A stretch of DNA of 64,000 nucleotides from Octopus sinensis (Eukaryota): the NCBI RefSeq assembly GCF_006345805.1, contig NC_043013.1, positions 26,102,001 through 26,166,000 on the forward strand, given 5' to 3'. Position 1 is the stretch's first letter. Every line of letters begins with the position of its first letter. Both the position numbers and the translations under genes were made by a program. Positions 26,601-37,836 of this stretch are shown here, piece by piece. The notes beneath the pieces were generated by a model. The model ran no database searches. It saw nothing but the letters and a program-made list of their open reading frames with translations, and had not been told where the DNA came from.

Positions 26601-28599
26601 GTGATGGTGATGATGACTTTTACATTGTCAAACACTGAATTTAAAGACGTGATTGACATATTCCTGAAATAATATCTAATAATTTCCTTTATGCTCTTGT
26701 TTCAACTACCATTAGGTAATATAGGATAAAGCATATTTCTTCTTAGATGGAGCATAAAGAAGACATTACAATGTGATGGTATCGGTCATGTTATCCAAAA
26801 TATTGTTAAAAATAGAAAATGCATAAATTGGTAGAGCTCATGGACAGTTTTTTTACCTAGACTGAGTCAAATTATAAATAATACAAGGACTTAATGTATT
26901 GATAACAGATGGATGAAAGCAAAGTTGAATCTGAAATGATTCCATTTTAAAATGTAGAGAGTTAAAAATGTCATCATCATCATCGTTTAACGTCCGTTTA
27001 CCATGCTGGCATGGGTTGGATGGTTCGACTGGGGTCTGGGAAGCCAGGAGGCTGTACCCAACTCCAATCTTATCTGGGAAGTGTTTCTACAGCTGGATGC
27101 CCTTCCTATTGCCAACCACTCCAAGAGTGTAGTGGGTACTTTTTACGTGCCACCGACACAGGGGCCAGAGGAGCTGGCATTGACCACAATCGGATGGTGC
27201 TTTTTACGTGCCACCGGCACGGAAGCCAGTCAAGGTGGCACTGGCATCAGCCACATTCGGGTGGTGCTTTTTACATGCCACCAGCACAGATACTATTTCC
27301 ATTTGATTGTCATATGATTTGATTTTGATGTTGATGTACTTGACTATATTTATAATTTCTGCTAACACATTCCACGTAAATACAATACTCAAAAAATGTT
27401 TGCAAGCCATTATTTCTGTCAAATGACTTGAAAGAAAGTGAAAAAATATACCAAATTTGTTTACCTTCATATTCGTCAAGAAAAAGTTCTCCATACATAT
27501 GAAAATAAGCTTTCCTAAATACTTTTTTAAACAAATCATATGAAACTGGTGCACTTGGATAGAGAATTGACTGGGAAGCAATGCCATAGGCAATCATTAA
27601 GATAAACAGAATTACGATAAAATATCCAAGGTCTTGCATCTGAAAGATAAATAATGTTAAAAATTAAGTAGCGATAATTAATCATTTGTTAATATTTATA
27701 TAAAATAACTGTATCTACAGTTAACATTACAAGATAATTAACAATGTAGTACAAAGATACTCTATTCAATGTGAGATTTCATCAGTATTTGATTGGTTCA
27801 TTTGTAGTGGTTATAATGGAGAGTATTGCAGCAGATATGATAGAGGTTGAATTGACTGCTTCAAAACTTTTTTTGTTTCTCTCACAGAACATGTTTGCCA
27901 AAACTATGTTTGAAGATTTTCTTCTATTGTAATTTGGTTGTACCTAGTATGCAATGCTAAAAAAACAAAAACAAAAACAAACAATTGCTAATAAGTTCTA
28001 GTCTCTTGTATTTGTTTTTCAGTCTAGACAGATATGGAAAGAAACATGCATCTGTTTATAAAATTGCACAATTGAATGTATTTTTCAGTTTCTATGAAGT
28101 CTTTGAATTATTGTCCCAGAGGTTAACAAACACCGCTTCCCATCCACCTGATTAGTAAATCTTTATTTACTGCTCACCAGATATCTTACTCATAATCATT
28201 TAGCATTTCAATTACTCTAACAAATGTAATATCATCATCATCGTTTAACGTCTGCTTTCCATGCTAGCATGGGTTGGATGATTTTGACTGAGGGCTGGCG
28301 AACCAGATGGTTGCCCCAGTCTCCAATCTTGATCAGGCAGAGTTTCTACAGCTGGATACCCTCCCTAATGCCAACCACTCCGAGAGTGTAGTGGGTGCTT
28401 TTTACATGCCAACATTACTATGTAACTTCAAGATTTTGATGATGTGATTGTTTCTTTCTAGAATGGCAGTGTTGAGTAGGTGATTGTCTGAACAAATGAA
28501 TTGTCAGTTACTTTCCACAACATTCATTTGGTGCACCATTCTTACTCCTATTACTTCACGAGACACAGTTGTATCTCATTTTCATATTAATTAATTCAT

Positions 28600-28648
<49 letters not shown>

Positions 28649-29250
28649 ATGAAATGGATAAATGAATTATCTTGTTACGGATTATTCCAAATTTAACCAA
28701 TACCTGTGTAGCAAAAATCACACCAGAAAAGACATGGTTGAGGTTACGACCATGGGGTTTCGCCCCCGTGCTTCAGCGCGGATAATTGAAGTTTTATATA
28801 TTTAGTGAAGGGAAGAAATGGAGCCGAACGAAGATTCTACAAAATTCCTTTTTATTATTTTCCACACATGTTTCAAAGACTGCAAATTCCCAAATTTGGA
28901 TTGAATAAGGAGACCATTCTCAGCTTTCTCTTCAGGAAAATCCAGGAATTTAAAATCTCAAAACAAATGCGCAGCAAGCTTTTCGAACAAAACGCTCCCT
29001 AGGAGCCCATGGTAAAAATGGCACAAAACTGTCTCTCAATATGCGCTGACGTCAGAGTGGGTGAAGGCCGACGAAAAATCCGTTGGAATAAACCTAGGTC
29101 AAACCACGGTCAAATCAGGTAGGGGAAGAATCACAGAAAACCCAAAGAGTGTGAATATATTCTGTATAACTAGTGTTAATGTTCACATTGTTTTAAGAAT
29201 GACAGCTATCTTATTTGGGTGTGAGGAACTTCTTCCCTTCACTATATATA

Positions 29251-29282
<32 letters not shown>

Positions 29283-29875
29283 TTAATGAAATGGATAAAT
29301 GAATTATCTTGTTACGGATTATTCCAAATTTAACCAATACCTGTGTAGCAAAAATCACACCAGAAAAGACATGGTTGAGGTTACGACCATGGGGTTTCGC
29401 CCCCGTGCTTCAGCGCGGATAATTGAAGTTTTATATATTTAGTGAAGGGAAGAAATGGAGCCGAACGAAGATTCTACAAAATTCCTTTTTATTATTTTCC
29501 ACACATGTTTCAAAGACTGCAAATTCCCAAATTTGGATTGAATAAGGAGACCATTCTCAGCTTTCTCTTCAGGAAAATCCAGGAATTTAAAATCTCAAAA
29601 CAAATGCGCAGCAAGCTTTTCGAACAAAACGCTCCCTAGGAGCCCATGGTAAAAATGGCACAAAACTGTCTCTCAATATGCGCTGACGTCAGAGTGGGTG
29701 AAGGCCGACGAAAAATCCGTTGGAATAAACCTAGGTCAAACCACGGTCAAATCAGGTAGGGGAAGAATCACAGAAAACCCAAAGAGTGTGAATATATTCT
29801 GTATAACTAGTGTTAATGTTCACATTGTTTTAAGAATGACAGCTATCTTATTTGGGTGTGAGGAACTTCTTCCCT

Positions 29876-29926
<51 letters not shown>

Positions 29927-32266
29927 CATCATTGTTTAACATCCGTTTTCCATGCTAGCATGGGTTGAACGGTTCGACCAGGATCTGGGAAGCCAGGAGG
30001 TTGCACTAAGCTCCAGTCTGATCTGGCAGTGTTTCTACAGCTGAATGCCCTTCCTAATGCCAAACACTCCATGAGTGTAGTGGGTGCTTTTTACGTGCCA
30101 CTAGCACAGATGCCAGTCAAGGCTGCGCTGGCCTCGGCCACATTTGGATGGTGCTTTTTACATGCCACCGGTACAGATAGCACAACAACAATTTCCATTT
30201 GATTTTTATTTTGATGTTGATGTATTTGATTCAATAGGTCACCTCAAACACAGTAGGTTGCCCTATGATCCAAAGTAGGCACAGCAGGCCGTCCTGCGAT
30301 CCAAGGTACTTTGGATGGGCTGGGGCTGCTATGTGAAGCTGGTGCAGGAAACAGCCATGAATTCACATTATTTGTTGGGTCTTCGCAGTCACAGCATATC
30401 TCCAGAGATCTCAGTCTTTCGTCATTTCCTCTGTGAGGCCCAACGTTCGAAGGTCATGCTTGACCACCTCATCCAATGTCTTCTTGGGTCTACCTCTACC
30501 CTGGATTCCTTCAACTGTTTGGGAGTGGCACTTCTTCACACATCTCTCCTCATCCATCCGTAGTACATGACCGTACCAGCGTAAACATCTTTCTTGCATG
30601 CCACATCCAGTGCTTCTTATGTCCAGCATATCTCTCAGGGTGCTTACATTCTGTCGTGTGTGCACACTGACATTACACATCTAGCAGATCATGCTAGCTT
30701 CATTTCTTTTGAGCCTACGCATGTCCTCTGCCGTCACAGCCCATGTTTCACTACTGTGAAGCATGGCAGTTCACACACATGTGTCATACAATCTACCTTT
30801 CACTCTGAGTGAGAGACCCTTTGTCACCAGTAGGGGTAGAAGCTTTCTAAACTCTGCCCAGGCTATTCATATTCTAGTGGTGACACTCTCTGAGCATCCA
30901 CCCCCACTACTAACTTGCTCACCTAGGTAGTGGAAACTATCAACTACTTCTAGTTTCTTCCCCTGGAGTGTGGTGGAATCTGTTTTCTGAGTATTTGTGG
31001 TGTATATTGCCCCTGTGCATCTGCCACACATCAAAGCTAGCTTCCTCTGATGTTGCTGCCCCTCTTATGCATCCATTGCTTACACTGGGTACATCTTATG
31101 GAGTTTCTACCTACACCTTTTCTACAGATCGAGCAGGGCCACCTACCTGAGGAGGTGTGCAATGAGTTCGCCTTCCTACTTAATATAACTTTGGTCTTTG
31201 CTACATTTACTCTAAAGCCTTTTGATTCTAAACCTAGCCTCCACACCCCAAATTTCTTTTCTAGTTCTGGTAGTGATTCTGCTATGAGGGCCAGGTCATC
31301 AGCATAGAGGAGCTCCCAGGGGTAACCCATCTTGAATTCCTCTGTTATTGCCTGGAGGACTATGTGGTACACCCCTACTTCTATCTGGAATTCTTCACTA
31401 TACTCGTTGCTAACGGCCTCTTGTGGTGAGAAGTTCACTTCCAAACTACATGGTTTGGTGTCCAGTCCCTCTACATGGCACCTTGGACAAATGTTTTCTA
31501 CTATACCCTCAGGCCAATCAAAACCCTTGTGAGTGGATTTGGTTGATGGATATTGAAAGAAGCTCATTTTGTATGTGTATATATGTTTCCTTGTGTTTGT
31601 TTCACTTACACTTACATTGCTTGACAACTAGGGTTGGTTTGTTTACAACCCTGCGACTTAGTGGTTTGGTGAAAGAAACTAATAGAATAAATACCAGGCT
31701 TTAAAATTTTTAGTACTGGTTCCCTAGTATGGTGGCAGCTCAAAGACTGATACAGGTAAAAGATAAAGGAAGGATTCCTGCTCATAATATATCCCAGTTT
31801 GCTAACTGCGACAATTTAAACTCAATCATGATTTTTCTTAAAAGAAGTAAGAAAAAAAAACATGTTGAAGTCTCTGAACAAGATTACTGCAAGCTAACAG
31901 ATGTGTGTTTGTGTGTGTATGTGTCTGTGTACCTTACTTTGAAATAGACAAGGGTTGGAGAGAAGGGCATCCAGTCATAGAAAATCTTCCTCAATGCAAA
32001 ATCTTCCTTGACCCTTACAAGCATGAGAAAGTTGATCTTTAAAAGCCCATGCATTGCCACGTAAAAACACCCATGATGTGCCACATAAAAATGCTCATGT
32101 AACGCCATGTAAAAGCACCCAGCACACTCTGTAAAGCAATTGGCATTATGAAGGGCATCCAGCCACAGAGACCATGCTAAATCAGACTGGAGTCTGGTGC
32201 AGCTCCCCACCTTGCCAGCTCTGGTCAAACCATCCAACCCAAGCCAGCATGAACAATGCATGTTGA

Positions 32267-32304
<38 letters not shown>

Positions 32305-34973
32305 ATAAATGCACACACACTCACAAACTATTTTCTTTTGTATAATGCAAGAAATCTTATTTAAAAAATGAGGATCACAATTAGAAAGAGGGCAAGAAAT
32401 ACTAGCATCGTACTTATGTGTTAAAACATGCAACATAAATGAAAAAAAAGCTAAAGGCTATAACCCCGAGACTTCTAATGGCTAAAATATACACTTCATT
32501 GTGACAGTATGCATAGCATGAAATTGTTGATTCTGTTTGCATTCTGGAGGTGTGTTGTTAGAAACTCTATTATTTAAAAGTGATTATTTGATTTATAAGT
32601 TAGTTTAAAATATAGAAAGTTACATTACTGACATCTGATACAAGTGAACAATGTTCAGCATACACATAGAAGAGAAAATAATAAACATGTGAAGATAAAA
32701 AAAATAAAAACATAAATGTGAACTTAAAGTTATGGAATTTACTGGAAAAAATCAACAGTACAACCTCTAGGAAAATTGATGTTGTCGAGGACAACATTAG
32801 ACTGAGGAAAGAAAAAAAGTAAAGCCCAACATCTTTAAAGCAAAAACAGGAACTATGAAAGTTTTAGTATTTGTGTTTTAATTTTTGTATTTTATGCTTT
32901 AAAATTTGTTGCGAGATTAGTTTTGAGTCTATAAATAACTATGGTTGTATTCAGGACAGAATATATTACTGATTTCTAACTACAAATGGTGGGGCTTTGC
33001 ATTATAGTTAAGACTGCATAAGATTTTATTTGAGGGAGATTTTGCCTACTAATTACCTGAATAATCTCAATAAAGTGAAGTTTTTAACTCAATATATTAT
33101 ATCTGTAAAACCCTAGAGTTTGGATTTAATATATTGTCAAAATATATTAGAAAGAATCAGAAAATTATTAGTTTCATAATCTGGTTAATATGTACTATTA
33201 ATACTACTTGCTAAGACAAAAAAAAAAGTGTTACTTTGGGGGTGGGGGGAATAAAGGGAACACACAGAAAAATATTTCCTACATTACTCGTTAAAACTTA
33301 CCCTCATTGTCACTTACTATCTATTTTCCATGCTAGCATAGATTGGATGGTTTAATGATATCCTGTGAGTGAGAGGACTATGAATGAGAGATGAGTAGGT
33401 CATGGAGACAGGCCTGAGTTAGAAAGGATACAATATATTTCTTGAGTTTAAAAATAAATCCAGTCTTGTAACTCACCATTTTCTTAATCATTATAAGCTT
33501 CGGTCCAAGATGTCTATGGATCGAAAGCATATAAAGAAACCGGATGTAAAAGGTGATCAAATTTAAACTAAGCATCACTTTGGCAGCATCATCCAGTTTC
33601 AGAAATCGAAGAACATACCCAATGATGAACAAGATAATAGTTATAACATCAACAACATTCCAAATGTCATGGATGTAATTGACAAATTTTGAGCAAAGTG
33701 AATTAGAATTTTTTTTCAACATCTGAAATGTAAGCAGAAAAAAAATAAATAAATAAAACAGTTACATGCACACACACACAAATATGTATGTCATTATTCA
33801 GTTTTATTAAGGCGGTGAACCGGCAGAAACATTAGCGTGCCAGGCAAAATGCTTAGCGGTATTTCATCTGCATTACGTTGTGAGTTCAAATTCCGCCGAG
33901 GTCGACTTTGCCTTTCATCCTTTCGGGGTCTATAAATTAAGTACCAGTTACACGCTGGGGTCAATGTAGTCGACTTAATACCTATGTCTGTCCTTGTTTG
34001 TCCCCTCTGAGTTTAGCCCCTTGTGGGTAATAAAGAAATAGGTATTTCATCTGTCTTTACGTTCTGAGTTCAAATTCCCTTTCATCTTTTCAGGGTCGAT
34101 AAATTAAGTACCAGTTGCATACTGGGGTCGATCTAATCGACTGGCCACTCCCCAAAAATTTTGGGCCTTGTGCCTAGAGTAGAAAAGATTATTCAGCTTT
34201 ATTTCAAGATTTCTTGCCAATAGAGAAAGAGTTGGTTTCTAACCTAGATCCAAGTCTCCTTCATTGAAATTTCAACATCATCAACAGGGTATTTTCTATG
34301 TATATGTGCAGATTTGTATGTTTTGTTTCATGTTTGTCTTCTCATGCATATATTTGCACATCCAGATATGTGCATATATACTTAAATGATAAACTTATGT
34401 ATGTGTGTATATGTACATATATATGTGTGTATAGTCTTAGTGATCAAGTAAGAGAATAATGAATCAGTAATGAAATGACAATATATGCTGAAAGCAGTCA
34501 GGTTAATCGCTTTTTCTGGCTACAAGGATAAAAATGCATTGCTTAACCATAACTACTTCCCACATTGTGGCTGAAAATGTGTGTTGACTAAGAATACATA
34601 TCTGTAACGTTACCTTATATCATTTTATATATTATGTATATATATATATTCTCTAAGACTCCGCCGGTTACGACGATGAGGGTCCCAGCTGATACGATCA
34701 GCGGAACAGCTTGCTCGTGAAATTAACGTGCAAATGGCTGAGCATTCCACAGACACGTGTACCCTTAACGTAGTTCTCGGGGATAATCAGCGTGACACAG
34801 AGAGTGACAAGGCTGACCCTTTGAAATACAAGTACAACTCATTTTTGGCAGCTGAGTGGACTGGAGCAACGTGAAATAAAGTGTCTTGCTCAAGGACACA
34901 ACGCGTCGCCGGGAATCGAACTCACAACCTTACGATCATGAGCCGAACGCCCTAACCACTAAGCCATGCGCCC

Positions 34974-35021
<48 letters not shown>

Positions 35022-37026
35022 AATGACTATTTATGATGGAATCATATTTCTAAAAGAGTTAATACTTACCATTTCTCTTTTGAAAATCTGAAAGAATAAA
35101 TAGAATTGCCGTCAGTCAATAAATTGAAGCTATGCAATCATCTTCAGAGAGGAGGCTCCGGAAAATCAGTATAAATCCATCATGCTTAGTGCAATATATG
35201 TATATGTATATATATACACATGTGTGTGTGTGTGTGTGTGTGTGTATAATGTATATATATTCAACAACAACTGAGGAACGGCCTCAATAGGCCATTCAAC
35301 CCACTAGAAAGAATGGCCTATTGAGGCCGTTCCTCAATTGTTGTTGAATTTATATATTTAGTCTCTGACTATTTTCTCTTTCTCACTAAACCGCTGGTGG
35401 CGAAAAAATTTCTATTGAATTTTTTGCTACCCTATATTGATTAAATATATATATATATATATAACGGGAAGCTTTATGAAAATAAACAAAGACGAAGGCA
35501 GGTGGAGTACAAACAAACAATTGTATTAGTATGGCGCTCAGGAATAGAAATAAAACAAGTCTTTAACGTTTCGAGCCTACGCTCTTCAACAGAAAGATAC
35601 ACAGAAAAGAAACACGGAGAGAAACAAGGAGAGAAAAAAATGCGTGCAGAAGCTAGCAGTCTAGTAACAAACTGTGAGAAAGAGTTCCTTCAAAGAGGTG
35701 TGTTAAACATCCTGTTTTTTGTAATGTTACAGTTTTATTTTAAATCTCTATATTTAGAAACTTTCTTATAAAACTTTTGTCAGTATATGTGCCTGTGTGT
35801 GTGTGTGCTTAGATATATGCATGTGAATATGTATGTGTGTGTATGTGTACATATATATATATATATATAACTAATGTAGGATAAAATTTTTTTCAAGAAA
35901 AAAATTTTATCAATGGCCAGTATATCAAAAAATACCTTTAAAGGTTAAATTTATAAGTAATTTACAAAATAAGGGCAAAAGAAAAATTCTAATGCCAAAT
36001 ATGCTGCAAAAAAGACAAAATTGTCAATAACCATTATAATTTATGCGTCTCGAAACAAACCGATAGAAATTTCTAAAAAATCCGTTATTACCATATTGGT
36101 CCCAATTTCGGGGTTAATTCATAAGAATTTTCACCTCTTCAGTGATAAATACGTGAGATATAAGTGAAATATTTACTCATACCCATGGAAAATTATTTAT
36201 ATATATATATACACATACACACACAAGGTGATATCAAATAATTCAAAGAGAACATGTGTAGACTAAAGAGGAATGAAGGTAGTAAGCTCCACTGGATGTG
36301 CAGCATCAATGTGCATAAATGACAAAGTGCAAATGTGTTGAGAGAAAAGTCAGGCATAAAAGGAATCAAATGCAGCATGCAAGAGAGGATACTACATTGG
36401 TTTGGACAAGTGATGCATATGAATGACGATTGCTGTATAGAGAAATGCCAATCAATGAAAGTGGGCGATGCCCATGAATAGGAAACCCAGGAAGACATGG
36501 GATGAAGTAGTGGGGGGGGGTGATCTCAGGATGTTGGGGCTCGTGAACGAAATGACAATGGACTGGGATGTCTGACAATATGAGGTTCTTGAGAAAACTC
36601 ACCCACTTCAGCAAACCTGAGTTCTAGAAGCATTGTGCTTCACCCACACATAACAATAAAATTTTCACGCACCCCCATCCCAACAAATCAAACTACATCT
36701 CCTCCCCCTCCCAAACTGTATCTCTTCTCTTGCTCACATTTCCTCTTCATACTCTATGATTATCTCCCACTCACCAATCCAGTCCTCACTACTCTGCTCA
36801 TTACTGTATCATTACTTCTCCATCCCTTCTCTCTCAATATACCCAGATTCTCACCAATCACAGCATTCCCCACATCCACTCCCTATTTCATGGCAATACC
36901 CTGCTAATACCTGCCATCATTCATCCCTTTCTTCTTAACTCTATCAGTCCATCTATGCCCTAATCCTTGTTCCTTACGAATATACCCTATCACTACTGTC
37001 ATCCTCTCCTGCTCTTGCTGTCTCCT

Positions 37027-37058
<32 letters not shown>

Positions 37059-37797
37059 GGTAACCTTGTCTCTCCTCGTCAGTGTCACACCTGTTTCTAC
37101 CCTCATTCTTGATTAATTTCTTTCTCTATCTCTCCTCTTGCTCTCCTCTCTGGCTAGGTAACCATGTATCTCCTTTACAGCAGCACATCTTTTTCTGCCT
37201 TCCTCCTTGTTAACTCCCACTTTATCTCTCTATGTTTCACTCCCTCTCTTCTTCTCTCTTTCTCTGTCTCTCTCTCTGCCTATCTCTCTGGCTGAGTAAC
37301 CATGTACCTCCACTACAGCAAAACATGTGCTTTTGTCTCTGTCACACTCTAACCTTTTATCACCTCCTCCAGTGCCCCCTCCCCTTGCAAAGATTGTCTT
37401 GCAAAGTTACTTGGTGATACAGTGCAGGTGCCATTTAAAAAGTGATTGGCATTTGGAAGGGCATGCCAAAAACCATGCCAAAACAGACACAGAAGCATGG
37501 TGCATACTCCTGCCTGGCCAACTCCAGTCAAACTGTCCAACTCAGGCCAGTGTGGAAGGAGGACATTAAACGATGATGATGATGATGACAGATAGGCACA
37601 TAAGTGCAAAACAAGGTGGAATAAATAGTACTCAAATACCAAAGACAGAGTAATATACTTTATTATTAAAGCTGCAAAATATTCACAGAACTGTTTTCCA
37701 GTTTTATGTTCCCATTCATTGGACAGTTTTGATGAATACAGTCTGACAAACAGGAACGTGAAACCGAGTAAGAGTTGTATGAATATTTTGTAGTTTT

Positions 37798-37836
<39 letters not shown>

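Noticed and set aside
34905-34975. tRNA-like sequence (also near 4920-4990, 11500-11570, 22300-22365, 41420-41480)
   Set aside because: A/B boxes are present but they run into SINE bodies with no acceptor stem. These are SINE heads, not tRNA genes.
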